Positions 49,010-59,267 of a stretch of 64,000 nucleotides of DNA are shown here, one piece after another. The stretch spans positions 1,346,891 to 1,410,890 of the forward strand of contig OZ252226.1 of NCBI GenBank assembly GCA_965249285.1, written 5' to 3'. The first letter of the stretch is position 1. Every line of letters starts with the position of its first letter. Source of the stretch: Candidatus Foliamicus sp. Lineage in GTDB: Bacteria; Pseudomonadota; Gammaproteobacteria; Steroidobacterales; Foliamicaceae. Made by a program: the position numbers and the translations under genes. The notes under the pieces are model-generated. The model searched no databases, had not been told where the DNA came from, and saw only the letters and a program-made list of their open reading frames with translations.

Positions 49010-50527
49010 TCATGCCCCCAGCTTGGGCAGCGAGAGTTTGCTGATGGGAATTTGTGTCGTTTTTTGCTCGGTGTAGAAATCCATACATTCCCGCACGCCG
49101 TCCCGGCCAATACCCGAAGCCTTGTAACCTCCGAACGGCGCGCGCACTTCACGAACCAATGGCGTGTTAACCCAAACGGTCCCGGCGCGAAGTGCCTGCG
49201 AGACACGAGTAATCGTATGCAGGTCGTCGGACCATACGTAGGCTACCAACCCGAATTCAGTGTCATTGGCTATGGCGATCGCATCATCCAGGCTGTCATA
49301 GATCTGAATGGCGGCGAACGGCCCGAATATTTCCTCCTGACAAACGCGCAGTCCATTGGACGGCGCCAGCACCGCCGTGGGTTCGAAGTAATAGCCGGCC
49401 TCGAAGCCTTCAGCGCGCTTTCCCCCGACCAGTAACTCAGCTCCCTCCGCCTGCGCGATTTCCACATAGGAAAGCACCTTCTCCATGTGCTCCTTGAAAG
49501 CGAGCGGACCCATTTCCGAATCAGGATCCATGGGATCGCCTATACGGATTTGCCTTGCTCTCTCAACAAATCGCTTGATAAACCGGTCCGCGATCGAGCG
49601 TTGCACCAGGATTCTCGAACCCGCCAGGCACTGCTGGCCGTTATTGGAGTAAATCGCCAACAGGGCGCCATCCAGAGCCTGCTCGAAATCCGCGGTTTCG
49701 GTAATGATATTGGCGGACTTGCCACCCAATTCCAGCGCGACCGGGGCGAGGCTCCGAGCGGCAGACGACATTACTGACCGGCCCGTTTCGGTTCCTCCGG
49801 TAAAGGAAACCAGGTCGATTTCCGGATGCTGCACCAGCGCGGCGCCCGTAACGCTGCCGCGACCATTCACCAGGTTCACGACCCCTTTGGGTAAGCCGGC
49901 GTCATGGAGGATTTCAACAAATCGAGCCAGCGCCATCGGAGTGTGTTCAGACGGCTTGAGGACACAGGTATTACCGAAGGCAATGCAGGGCGCCAGCTTC
50001 GCGGACGCCAGTCCCAAAGGCGAATTCCACGGCGCTATCAAGGCTGCAACCCCTACTGGCTCATGGGTGACCATAGTCAGAAACTGCTTGTTCTGCTGGT
50101 AGGTCTGGCCGGCCATCATGCTTAAACACTCGGAAAAGAGCTCGAAATTGTCGGTCAGGCGTTTGATCTTCCTGTCCCTGATCGTGCGGATGGGAACACC
50201 CGTATCAAGGCACTCCAGGTAAGCAAGCTCGTCCGCATTTTCGACCAGGCGCACTCGTATCGATTGAAGGACCTCTTTCCGCTCAGGGATTCCCATCGTT
50301 GGCCAAGGACCATGGTCAAAGGCAGCTCGAGCCGCTGCTACCGCAGCGTTAACCTCGATTTGCGCCGCCTCCTCGAGCGTGCTGATAACCGCCTCAGTTG
50401 CCGGGTATATGACGGGAATGTTCTCTCCCGTCCCCGCGACCCACTCTCCATCGACAAAACACTGCACTCGCTCCGGTACATGAATCCCTTGCGGAAGCTT
50501 CAGTTTCGAATTACCGTTACCCGTCAT
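49010..50527 (-). CDS. Aldehyde dehydrogenase (hydroxymuconic semialdehyde dehydrogenase / HpaE-like)
   Basis: APWN, FTGGTETG, LELGGKS, NNGQQCLAGSR, EEIFGP, VREVRAPFGG. Confidence 0.9.
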   Translation of the reverse strand: MTGNGNSKLKLPQGIHVPERVQCFVDGEWVAGTGENIPVIYPATEAVISTLEEAAQIEVNAAVAAARAAFDHGPWPTMGIPERKEVLQSIRVRLVENADELAYLECLDTGVPIRTIRDRKIKRLTDNFELFSECLSMMAGQTYQQNKQFLTMVTHEPVGVAALIAPWNSPLGLASAKLAPCIAFGNTCVLKPSEHTPMALARFVEILHDAGLPKGVVNLVNGRGSVTGAALVQHPEIDLVSFTGGTETGRSVMSSAARSLAPVALELGGKSANIITETADFEQALDGALLAIYSNNGQQCLAGSRILVQRSIADRFIKRFVERARQIRIGDPMDPDSEMGPLAFKEHMEKVLSYVEIAQAEGAELLVGGKRAEGFEAGYYFEPTAVLAPSNGLRVCQEEIFGPFAAIQIYDSLDDAIAIANDTEFGLVAYVWSDDLHTITRVSQALRAGTVWVNTPLVREVRAPFGGYKASGIGRDGVRECMDFYTEQKTTQIPISKLSLPKLGA

Positions 50528-50704
50528 CAAGAGCCAACCCCAATCGAACTCCTTTGGATTTTCTCACCGCAAACTGCCAACCGACAGTGTGATAAGGAAT
50601 CCATATTATTGAACGTAAGGATACATTGAATAGGACTTCGCATTAGTCAGCTCGAATGGCACTGACAATTCCAGAATCGATCCAGGCATCGGGCGGATAA
50701 GGAC

Positions 50705-51628
50705 GTGTTGAACTACGCATTGAAGAGGCTCCTGGTAGCCATTCCCACGCTATTTGTCATTATCACGGCCTCCTTTTTCCTTACCCGGGTTGCTCCCGGC
50801 GGTCCTTTCGATCTGATTCCGGATCTTGATCCGGCGGTCGTAGAAAACCTGCGGAAGTTTTATGAACTGGACAAACCGCTTTTCCAGCAATACGCAAACT
50901 ACCTTGGGCGGCTTGTGCAGGGCGATCTGGGCCCATCGATGGTCTATCGCGACAAGAATGTCGCCGAGCTGATCGCCGAAGGGCTGCCCGTAAGCGCGCA
51001 ACTCGGCCTGGCGGCCATTACCGTCGGGCTGTTCGCCGGAATGCTGAGCGGTATTGTCGCTGCACTACGCAAGAACACCGCGGTAGATTTCACCATCATG
51101 GCAATCGCCATGACCGGGGTGGCCATTCCCACTTTCGTTACTGCGCCACTCCTTACCTTGTTCTTCGGCCTGTACCTGGGCTGGCTGCCAATTTCCGGCT
51201 GGAACAACGGTCAATTTCAGCACATTATCCTGCCGGTCTTCGCGCTGGCGCTGCCCTCGGTCGCAGGCATCGCGCGAATCACCCGGGGCTCCATGCTGGA
51301 ATCGCTGAACGCCAATTACGTGCGCACGGCGCGGGCCAAAGGCCTACCCGAACGAAAGGTCATTGCCAGACACGTCTTGAGGCCGGCTTGCATGCCGGTC
51401 GTCAGCTACCTGGGGCCGGCGATCGCGGGCGCAATGACCGGTTCGGTTGTAATTGAAACGATATTCGGTCTGCCCGGGATAGGACGCGCCTTCGTTGAGG
51501 GCGCATTGAATCGTGACTACTCCCTGATCATGGGAATCGTCATTATCTACGCCACCTTGATCATATTGCTCAACTTGCTGGCCGACATCATCTACGGATA
51601 CCTGGATCCGAGAGTCCGTCTCAAATGA
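50705..51628 (+). CDS. oppB: Oligopeptide ABC permease
   Basis: APGGPF, GDLGPS, YVRTARAKG, NRDY. Confidence 0.92.
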   Translation: MLNYALKRLLVAIPTLFVIITASFFLTRVAPGGPFDLIPDLDPAVVENLRKFYELDKPLFQQYANYLGRLVQGDLGPSMVYRDKNVAELIAEGLPVSAQLGLAAITVGLFAGMLSGIVAALRKNTAVDFTIMAIAMTGVAIPTFVTAPLLTLFFGLYLGWLPISGWNNGQFQHIILPVFALALPSVAGIARITRGSMLESLNANYVRTARAKGLPERKVIARHVLRPACMPVVSYLGPAIAGAMTGSVVIETIFGLPGIGRAFVEGALNRDYSLIMGIVIIYATLIILLNLLADIIYGYLDPRVRLK

Positions 51629-52539
51629 CCGAGCCCTTCACTGTGAGTAATGCAATTGCCGGCGGTAGCGGCATGGGCGAAATTCGGGGCCGCTCCTTGT
51701 GGAACGACGCCATGGCGCGATTCCGCCAGCACCGCGCGGCCATGGTGAGTGTCTGGATACTGGGCATTGTCACGATATTGGCGGTACTGGTTCCCGAGTT
51801 CTGGCCGAACAGTCTGGATGAAGTGAATTGGGACTATATTCAGTCGCCGCCAACAACGGAGAACAATCTTTGGTTTGGCACGGACGTCAATGGGCGCGAC
51901 ATGTTTTCGCGTACTTTCTATGGCGCCCGAATCTCGCTTACGATTGGTGTATTGACCACCCTGGTCGCGCTGATAATCGGTGTCGTCTACGGCGCCATTG
52001 CCGGTTACCAGGGCGGGGCCGTGGGCGACGTCATGATGCGCGTGGTTGACGTGCTCTATTCCTTGCCCACCCTGTTCTTCATCATTATCCTGGTGACGAT
52101 CTTCGGTAGTAACTTCCTGCTGATCTTCATCAGTATCGGAGCCGTAGAGTGGCTGACACTGGCCCGTATAGTTCGTGGGCAGACGCTTTCCATCAAGGAA
52201 AAAGAGTATGTCGAGTCGGCCCTGGCGGCAGGCCTGTCAACTCCCACGATCTTGCTCAAATACATTATTCCCAACGTAATCGGACCGGTAATCGTCTATG
52301 TGACCTTGCTGATACCCATCAATATCATCGTAGAGAGTTACCTGAGTTTTCTCGGCCTCGGCGTGCAGGAACCCTTTACCAGCTGGGGGCGATTGATCTC
52401 GCAGGGTGCGGATGAAATCGGCACGGCCCCCTGGCTGCTCATTATCCCCGCGATATTTCTGGTCATTACCCTGTTTTGCTTCAATTTCATGGGCGATGGC
52501 CTGCGCGACGCGCTGGATCCAAAGGACCAATCGCGATGA
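51625..52539 (+). CDS. oppC: Oligopeptide ABC permease
   Basis: FGTDVNGRD, ARIVRGQ, ESYLSFLGLG, GDGLRDALDP. Confidence 0.92.
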   Translation: MTEPFTVSNAIAGGSGMGEIRGRSLWNDAMARFRQHRAAMVSVWILGIVTILAVLVPEFWPNSLDEVNWDYIQSPPTTENNLWFGTDVNGRDMFSRTFYGARISLTIGVLTTLVALIIGVVYGAIAGYQGGAVGDVMMRVVDVLYSLPTLFFIIILVTIFGSNFLLIFISIGAVEWLTLARIVRGQTLSIKEKEYVESALAAGLSTPTILLKYIIPNVIGPVIVYVTLLIPINIIVESYLSFLGLGVQEPFTSWGRLISQGADEIGTAPWLLIIPAIFLVITLFCFNFMGDGLRDALDPKDQSR

Positions 52540-53495
52540 GCATGCCGCTATTGCGTTGCGAAAACCTGCACGTCCGCTTCAAGACGCACGACGGAGTAGT
52601 GTTCGCCGTGAACGGTGTGGATTTTGAAATACACAAAGGAGATTGCATCGGAATCGTGGGCGAATCCGGCTCGGGAAAATCGCAGACTGCCATGGCTCTG
52701 ATGGGCCTGCTCGCCGAAAACGCCGTGAGCGACGGCAGCGTGAAGTTTCTGCACAAGGAAATCCTGAATGCGCCGGTTGAGCAGCTCAATCGGATTCGAG
52801 GCTTCAAGATCTCCATGATCTTTCAGGATCCGATGACCGCGCTGACTCCGTTTATGCGGATTGGCCAGCAACTCTGTGAAGTCCTGGAAGAACACTCCAA
52901 CATGGGCAAGGAAGAAATCAAGGCGCGCGCGCTGGAAGTTCTCGAGATCGTGCAGATGCCCGATCCCAAGCGCCGATTCGACATGTATCCACATCAATTG
53001 TCCGGGGGACAAAGGCAACGCGTCATGATTGCCCAGGCGCTGTTGTGCAAGCCCGACCTTCTGATCGCCGACGAGCCAACCACGGCATTGGATCTCACCA
53101 TTCAGGCGCAAATCCTGGACTTCTTCAAATCATTGAAGAAACGCACGACCATTATGATCATCACCCATGATCTGGGTGTAGTGGCCGGGCTCTGCAATAG
53201 GGTCCTGGTCATGTATGCCGGCCGCATTGTCGAGAGCGGGTCGATCGAAGAAATATTCAACACTCCGCAACACCCCTACACCCAGGCGCTACTGGCGGCC
53301 TTGCCACGCCCCGATTGGGACCCGGACAGGCCTCTGCCGATCATCGGCGGGCAACCGCCGGCCAACACACACCTACCCGCGGGATGCAGCTTTGCTCCGC
53401 GCTGCGCCCATGTTGTGAAGCGCTGCACGGAAGAAACACCCGAGCTACGCGGGAAGAAGCACCTGAAGGCCTGTCACCTGGACTCCTTACCGTGA
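52536..53495 (+). CDS. oppD: Oligopeptide ABC ATPase
   Basis: [26 protein letters not shown]-terminal Cys motif. Confidence 0.92.
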   Translation: MSMPLLRCENLHVRFKTHDGVVFAVNGVDFEIHKGDCIGIVGESGSGKSQTAMALMGLLAENAVSDGSVKFLHKEILNAPVEQLNRIRGFKISMIFQDPMTALTPFMRIGQQLCEVLEEHSNMGKEEIKARALEVLEIVQMPDPKRRFDMYPHQLSGGQRQRVMIAQALLCKPDLLIADEPTTALDLTIQAQILDFFKSLKKRTTIMIITHDLGVVAGLCNRVLVMYAGRIVESGSIEEIFNTPQHPYTQALLAALPRPDWDPDRPLPIIGGQPPANTHLPAGCSFAPRCAHVVKRCTEETPELRGKKHLKACHLDSLP

Positions 53496-54469
53496 GCAAG
53501 ACACTCTTGCGCGTAGAGAACCTCAAGGTGTATTTCCCCGCCCGGGCGCAAGGGGGCATTCGACCCAGGTACGTGCCCCTCAAAGCCGTAGATGACGTTT
53601 CATTCACGATCGAGGAAGGCGAAACCGTTGGCATCGTAGGCGAATCGGGCTGCGGAAAATCAACGCTGGCGCGAGCCATTCTGCAGCTCATAGGATCCAC
53701 CAGTGGACGCATCGTTTGGCAAGGAGAAGACCTCACCCGGCTCAGCAAGAAAGACATGAACCAAAGGCGCAGAGACCTGAGCGTGGTGTTTCAGGATCCG
53801 CTTTCCAGTCTCAATCCCCGCATGACCATTGGCAATATCATCGCTGAACCCCTGCGGCGCTTTCATCCGGAAATGAGCCGGAAGGAGATCAACGCCGCCG
53901 TTCTGAGCGCAATGGCCGATGTCGGTCTGAACCGGGAATACCTCAATCGTTACCCTCATGAGTTCAGTGGCGGCCAATGCCAAAGGGTCAGTATTGCCAG
54001 GGCCATGATCCTGAAGCCGAAGCTGGTCATTTGTGACGAACCGGTCAGCGCGCTGGACGTGTCCACGCGAACACAAACGATCAATCTGCTGAAAGACCTT
54101 CAGAAAAAGCACAAGATTTCCATCATTTTCATCAGCCACGACTTGTCGATAGTGCGAATTATCTGCAAGCGTATCGTGGTGATGTACCTGGGCCATTTCG
54201 TCGAGATAGCTGACCGGGATACCTTGTTCGACTCGCCGTCTCACCCCTATACCCGAGCCTTGATCAGCGCCATTCCCGTGCCGGACCTGGAATCGCAACA
54301 GCACAGCAAGAGAATCATTCTCAAGGGCGAATTGCCCTCTCCTACTGACCCGCCGTCCGGTTGCGTGTTCAGGACTCGTTGCCCCATAGCAACGAACTAC
54401 TGCATCAAGCGAGAACCTGTTCTCACGTCCCGGGATAATGGTGCGCGCGTTGCTTGCCACCATGTTTGA
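53492..54469 (+). CDS. oppF: Oligopeptide ABC ATPase
   Basis: GESGCGKS, FSGGQCQR, CDEPV, PPSGCVFRTRC. Confidence 0.92.
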   Translation: MSKTLLRVENLKVYFPARAQGGIRPRYVPLKAVDDVSFTIEEGETVGIVGESGCGKSTLARAILQLIGSTSGRIVWQGEDLTRLSKKDMNQRRRDLSVVFQDPLSSLNPRMTIGNIIAEPLRRFHPEMSRKEINAAVLSAMADVGLNREYLNRYPHEFSGGQCQRVSIARAMILKPKLVICDEPVSALDVSTRTQTINLLKDLQKKHKISIIFISHDLSIVRIICKRIVVMYLGHFVEIADRDTLFDSPSHPYTRALISAIPVPDLESQQHSKRIILKGELPSPTDPPSGCVFRTRCPIATNYCIKREPVLTSRDNGARVACHHV

Positions 54470-54547
54470 AATAAAGTTTCAATCCAAGCCTCTTGACATG
54501 ATTGAAGGAAGTGGCGGCACGAGCAATAATTCTGTGGACCCGCATTG

Positions 54548-55846
54548 ATGTTTAGGATCGAACCGTTATTGCAGCGACTGGCAGAGCTTGATATATCCAG
54601 CTTGCCGAAAGTAGAGGAGAAAGCCCGGCTACTTCTGCTTGACACCTTGGCCTGCGCGGTTGCGGGACTGGGCAAAGCGGAACCTGCGGCATTGGCGAGA
54701 CAATTGGCCCTGATTGCGCCTGGCCCCGTTCGTTTGCCAGGCACTCAGGACGGTTTGGCTGCAACGGAAGCCGCCTATGTCTTGGCTTTGGCTGCCTGTT
54801 GGGACGAGGCTTGTGAAGGACTCGCCAGGGCCCATGGCCGGCCGGGGCTGCATGCCGTCGCAACGGCCGCCGCGTTGGGAAGTGCGCTCAAGACAACGAT
54901 TGGCGACGTCCTGCACGCCATTGTTTCCGGTTATGAAATTGGTGGCCGCTTTGGGGAGGCCCTGCGCATCCGCCCCGGCATGCATGTCGATGGAGGCTGG
55001 GGGTCACTTGCCAGCACAACGGCTGCCTCGCACCTGCTGAAGGCAAACGTCGAGACAACCAAGAGCGCACTGGCGATGGCTGCCTGTCAACTGCCGTGCA
55101 ACCTTTACTTGCCGATTGCCGAAGGATGCAGCGCGCGCAACACCTATGCGGCCCACGCGGCAAGCATGGGTATCTTCTACGCGAAATCGGCAAAGGCGGG
55201 AATATCTTCACCCCAAGGGGCGTTTGATGCCGCCAATGCGCTGAACTTTCGGGGACAACAACTTAAGCCCTCACCGTTTGACGCGACCAGCGAGTTCTAC
55301 ATCCTGCAAGGCTACCTGAAGCCGTATGCCGCCGTTAGGCACGTCCATTATGGTGTGGCCTGCGCTATCCGTTGGCGCAAGGAGAACCCTGGCGTTGACT
55401 TAAGCGCTATCGATGCCGTTGAACTGGAAACCTACCAAGAAGCCGAAACGTATTGCGGAAACAGGCAACCGCAAACGCCTATACAAGCACAGTTCAGCCT
55501 TACATACGGCCTTGCGTACGCCCTGCGGACCGGAACACTGAACCCTGATGCCTATCTGCCTGAAGCGCTCAGGAATGAAGAGCAGCAAGACCTGGAAAGA
55601 AAAATCAGAGTAACCGCCAACCCGCGAATCAGGGGCCGCGGGGCCATCCTGCACATGGGAACAGGCGAAAAATCACAAAGTTACAAAGTGGATTCCGTCG
55701 CCGGCGATATCGACCATCCGATGAGCACCGCGCAAGTAATCGCCAAGGCTCGCCGCTACATGACACCGGTCATCGGCACTGAGATGAGCCAAAACACTAT
55801 TGATGCGATTCTGACCGGCAAGCTCGAGAATCGATTCGCTTTGTGA
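54548..55846 (+). CDS. MmgE/PrpD-family protein
   Basis: LLDTLACAVAG, GYEIG, KPYAAVRHVH, AQFSL. Confidence 0.85.
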   Translation: MFRIEPLLQRLAELDISSLPKVEEKARLLLLDTLACAVAGLGKAEPAALARQLALIAPGPVRLPGTQDGLAATEAAYVLALAACWDEACEGLARAHGRPGLHAVATAAALGSALKTTIGDVLHAIVSGYEIGGRFGEALRIRPGMHVDGGWGSLASTTAASHLLKANVETTKSALAMAACQLPCNLYLPIAEGCSARNTYAAHAASMGIFYAKSAKAGISSPQGAFDAANALNFRGQQLKPSPFDATSEFYILQGYLKPYAAVRHVHYGVACAIRWRKENPGVDLSAIDAVELETYQEAETYCGNRQPQTPIQAQFSLTYGLAYALRTGTLNPDAYLPEALRNEEQQDLERKIRVTANPRIRGRGAILHMGTGEKSQSYKVDSVAGDIDHPMSTAQVIAKARRYMTPVIGTEMSQNTIDAILTGKLENRFAL

Positions 55847-55869
55847 CCGGCGCCACTGTGTTGTCCTTG

Positions 55870-56628
55870 TCAGAGTGTCGCCAGGAGCACCTGCCCTATT
55901 GAATTGAAGAACGCCGATCCCGACTTCAGTGAGGATTCACGCAACAACCACCACGCCCCACAGAGATTGGACGACAGGACTGGATTGGGGAAATCGCCTC
56001 GAACCGCCCTGATAGCATCAATCGTAACCATTCCCGTGCCCGATAAGACAATGGCGGAATCGGTCGGCGGAGTAAGGGACTTCAGCGTTTCAACTACTTG
56101 CGGAGTCTTGACTTCGTAGGCGCTGAGTTCTTCGTGCTCACCGAAGACTCTTGCAATTTTTGCCACACGGTAGCCGGCCGCTTTCCAGTAGCCGGCTGCC
56201 TTTCTGGTCAACCAGTCCGGGTAGGGGGAAACCAGGCAAATTTCTTTGCAACCCAATGCCTGCAGCGCTTCATGGATGGCAAGGCTGGCAGTTACTGTCT
56301 TGGTACCTGTTGATGCGGTCAAATCAGCGCAAAGTTGCTTGTCGCCGCCTGACATCAGCCGATAGGACGGGCCAGTGGCAGCTATCAGCACAGAGTCCAG
56401 TTTCAAACTGCCGTAGGACTCGATAGCATCCCGATATTGCGTTAGGTATAACTCATTTCGCTCCTTGAGCGATTTGCCTTGCATGACAGGTAGTCGAGAC
56501 GCGTACATCGACATGCTGTTTGGAAGCAGGCGCGCCATCTCCGGCTCTACCGTAGGGTTCGCTGGGGGGACGATCACTCCTACCTGCCGCGTCATGGCCG
56601 GATCAGGATACGTGGCAACACTCTTCAT
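55870..56628 (-). CDS. Maleate isomerase / Asp-Glu racemase-fold protein lacking the catalytic Cys residues
   Basis: GVIVPPANPTVEPE, VSPYP, PVLSSN; AATG and SGTG at the usual xCT positions. Confidence 0.82.
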   Translation of the reverse strand: MKSVATYPDPAMTRQVGVIVPPANPTVEPEMARLLPNSMSMYASRLPVMQGKSLKERNELYLTQYRDAIESYGSLKLDSVLIAATGPSYRLMSGGDKQLCADLTASTGTKTVTASLAIHEALQALGCKEICLVSPYPDWLTRKAAGYWKAAGYRVAKIARVFGEHEELSAYEVKTPQVVETLKSLTPPTDSAIVLSGTGMVTIDAIRAVRGDFPNPVLSSNLCGAWWLLRESSLKSGSAFFNSIGQVLLATL

Positions 56629-56643
56629 ACTTGCTGCTTGAGT

Positions 56644-57945
56644 TCAATTGACCCTGTGCGATGACTTCATTTCGATAGAAGCAATATCGAGCATGGAGGA
56701 TTGGTAAAGGAATTCCCGGGCCTGGGCGGGATCTGCCGCAATCGATCTGGCCTTGTTCGGCCATTGCCCAATGGAAGAAAGCCGGCTTTCAGTTCGTGAA
56801 ACAAGTTCCTTTTGCGCAACTCGCAGTCGTTCCTGTGCGCAGGCAGCCAGCGCCTGGTCGGCATTATCTTCCTTGCAGGCATGAGCGATGGCTTTCCCTA
56901 TCGCAAACGCATCGTGCATACCGCAGTTCATATTCATGCCGCCCCGCGTATTGGTCAGATGCGCGGCATCTCCGATCAGAAATGTTCTGCCCACCCGGTT
57001 GGTTTCCGCCACTCGCCTGCTGACGGCGAAAATATCGGCGCTACTACCGGCAATTGTTTCGTCATCCAGCGGCAAGAAGCGTTTGATCTCCTTGCCGTAC
57101 CAATCCGGGCTGAGCGCTGTTTGATCGGCGACCTCTACAGGTATTCTCAAGATAATCCGCCAGCAATCCGGCATCTTCAGCAAACTGCAGGAGTCGTCAT
57201 CGCCGAATAGGTAACTGAGCGGCGCCAGTCCCGGTATCAATTGCTCCAAATCAGTCGCTGTGAAAATGCGCAGTACGCGCGTGTCGTAAGCACCACCTGG
57301 AAAAGCGATGTTCAGGGCGTTGCGTATTCTGCTGTGGGCCCCATCGGCCGCGATCAGGTAGCGGCCTTGAATTTGTGTTTGGCCATCTTCCGTTCGAACG
57401 AGAGTCGAAACGCCTTGGCCACGATTCTCGACCTCAAGCACCTCGCAATTGAAACGAATCCGGAACAGCGAACTCTTTTTGAGCTTGGCCAGAATGACCT
57501 CCGTAAGCTCCGCTTGCTCCAGGTGAATGCGGTACGGAAATTGCGTAAGACCACTCAGGACGTTCATCGAAAATTCCGCAACCAACCCTTCTGTGACGCT
57601 GCGGTATTGGACTTGTTCAACCCGAACTCCCTTGGCCAGGAGGATATCCACGAAACTAAGGCGATTCAGCACTTCGAGCGAGGCGGGGTGGAATGTCGAG
57701 GCTTTCGACACACGGTTGAGTTCCGAGTGCTTCTCACACAACACGACAGGAACACCTTCTTGGATCAGCGCCGCGGCGGCGATCAGACCCGCAGGCCCTG
57801 CGCCTGCAACAATCACAGGCTTCGAGTCAGTCGCACTCAATGGCTTATGAGGTTGCGCAGCGGCACCCCTGGGAACGAGGGCATCTCGCCCTCGTCGAGG
57901 GCTGGAAGCCCTCGTTCCCAGGGGTGCGGAAACGCGGTTCGCCAT
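56644..57945 (-). CDS. FAD-dependent monooxygenase (PHBH/MhpA family)
   Basis: GAGPAG, ADGAHS, GDAAH...GGMNMN; start uncertain (ATG 57945 or TTG 57840). Confidence 0.88.
   Translation of the reverse strand: MANRVSAPLGTRASSPRRGRDALVPRGAAAQPHKPLSATDSKPVIVAGAGPAGLIAAAALIQEGVPVVLCEKHSELNRVSKASTFHPASLEVLNRLSFVDILLAKGVRVEQVQYRSVTEGLVAEFSMNVLSGLTQFPYRIHLEQAELTEVILAKLKKSSLFRIRFNCEVLEVENRGQGVSTLVRTEDGQTQIQGRYLIAADGAHSRIRNALNIAFPGGAYDTRVLRIFTATDLEQLIPGLAPLSYLFGDDDSCSLLKMPDCWRIILRIPVEVADQTALSPDWYGKEIKRFLPLDDETIAGSSADIFAVSRRVAETNRVGRTFLIGDAAHLTNTRGGMNMNCGMHDAFAIGKAIAHACKEDNADQALAACAQERLRVAQKELVSRTESRLSSIGQWPNKARSIAADPAQAREFLYQSSMLDIASIEMKSSHRVN
57863..57927. repeat. Perfect copy of the GAGGGC double-hairpin palindrome
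   Basis: GCACCCCTGGGAAC-GAGGGCATCTCGCCCTC-GTC-GAGGGCTGGAAGCCCTC-GTTCCCAGGGGTGC. Confidence 0.9.
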
Positions 57946-57952
57946 GGCCCGA

Positions 57953-59152
57953 TTACGCAATCAACTCTGCATTCTTTAGCGACTGCAACATCGAACTCTG
58001 CATCAGGAAGTCAATCATCAACTGCCTATCACTTGTGACGCGCTTCAGTTCGGCCCAGACCCTTGCTCTGTTTCTATCTCCTCTAATCCTGTGGCGCCGG
58101 TAGTTCCTGTCCGCTCTGACCTGCACATCGTCCAAGGCAATGGAACGGCGCTGCCTGGAATACCGGTCGAGCAGAGATTCCTCCCCCTTATTCAGGATGA
58201 TTTCAGTCAATTTGTCACAGAGGTTGCGCGCATCATGAATACCACTGTTCATGCCCATGCCGCCCGAAGGGCTGTTCAAGTGGGCGGCGTCGCCTGCAAG
58301 AATCATGCGTCCTACCCGGAAGCCCTCAGCAATCCGGCGATGGATGGTGTAGGCGCCCGCATGAGCGATTTCGTAGGGATCCTCCTTAGGGTGAATCTCC
58401 TGCAGCCGCGCCTGAATTTGTTCCGATTTCAATGCATCTTGGTGAGATTGACCGGCTCTTGGCGAGAATCCGACGCGCCAGACTTTCTTCAGTTGCATCA
58501 TGCTGAAATGACTGTCCTTCGTCCAGCAATAGTTAACGGGCAACAAGCCTTTGATGTGTTCGTCAAAGGGATATCTCACTGCTACCGTAAGTGAAGTTAG
58601 CGGATACGTTTCGCCCTTCAAGTCCATTCCCATGACTTTGCGGACGAGGCTCCCGGCGCCGTCCGCGCCGATGATGTAGCTGCCTTTCACCCTTCGGGTT
58701 CCGGCGCGCCCTTCTACTTCCGCCTCAACGCCCTCGTCAGTCTGCGTAACATGGACCACAGGAGTTCCAAACTCCAGGCTAAAAAGCTCGTTATCCTTGA
58801 GCTTCGAGCGTATTGCCCGCGTCAGGTGAAATTGCTCGCATTGCAACCGGAAGGGGTGAGACGTCCTGTCCCGTAAGACATCAAGGTCAAAAACGGCGCA
58901 TTCACCACTGTCGTGCTTGCGGTACTGCCACTTTCTGCACGGGACCCCACGTTCGAGCAGCTCGCCTACCACTTGCGGATCTTCAAGCACATCCAGCGTG
59001 GCCGGATGAAAGGTTGAAGCACGCATATCTTCGGGCAGTTCGCTTTCCGCTTCAAGTACCGAGACCGGTATGCCCCTGCGCGTCAGGAACAAGGCGCAAC
59101 TCAACCCGACGGGCCCGGCCCCTGCAACCAGAACTCGATCAACACCAGGCAC
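57953..59152 (-). CDS. FAD-dependent monooxygenase (PHBH/MhpA family)
   Basis: GAGPVG, RASTFHP, ADGAGS, GDAAHLNSPSGGMGMNSG. Confidence 0.9.
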   Translation of the reverse strand: MPGVDRVLVAGAGPVGLSCALFLTRRGIPVSVLEAESELPEDMRASTFHPATLDVLEDPQVVGELLERGVPCRKWQYRKHDSGECAVFDLDVLRDRTSHPFRLQCEQFHLTRAIRSKLKDNELFSLEFGTPVVHVTQTDEGVEAEVEGRAGTRRVKGSYIIGADGAGSLVRKVMGMDLKGETYPLTSLTVAVRYPFDEHIKGLLPVNYCWTKDSHFSMMQLKKVWRVGFSPRAGQSHQDALKSEQIQARLQEIHPKEDPYEIAHAGAYTIHRRIAEGFRVGRMILAGDAAHLNSPSGGMGMNSGIHDARNLCDKLTEIILNKGEESLLDRYSRQRRSIALDDVQVRADRNYRRHRIRGDRNRARVWAELKRVTSDRQLMIDFLMQSSMLQSLKNAELIA

Positions 59153-59267
59153 TGCCAGCGCCGTTAGGTCAGAATTACGGCAAGTCGAATAAGAGTCTTG
59201 GACACGACTTTCTGCCTATGACAAAAACTCCGGAGATGGCCGCATGTTTGCGTGGCTATCAAGCAGA

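Noticed and set aside
587-49076. Long antisense ORFs (e.g. 587-1744, 22917-24065, 34985-36361, 37438-38472, 47586-49076)
   Set aside because: These are shadow frames of well-supported genes in GC-rich DNA and carry no motifs of their own.
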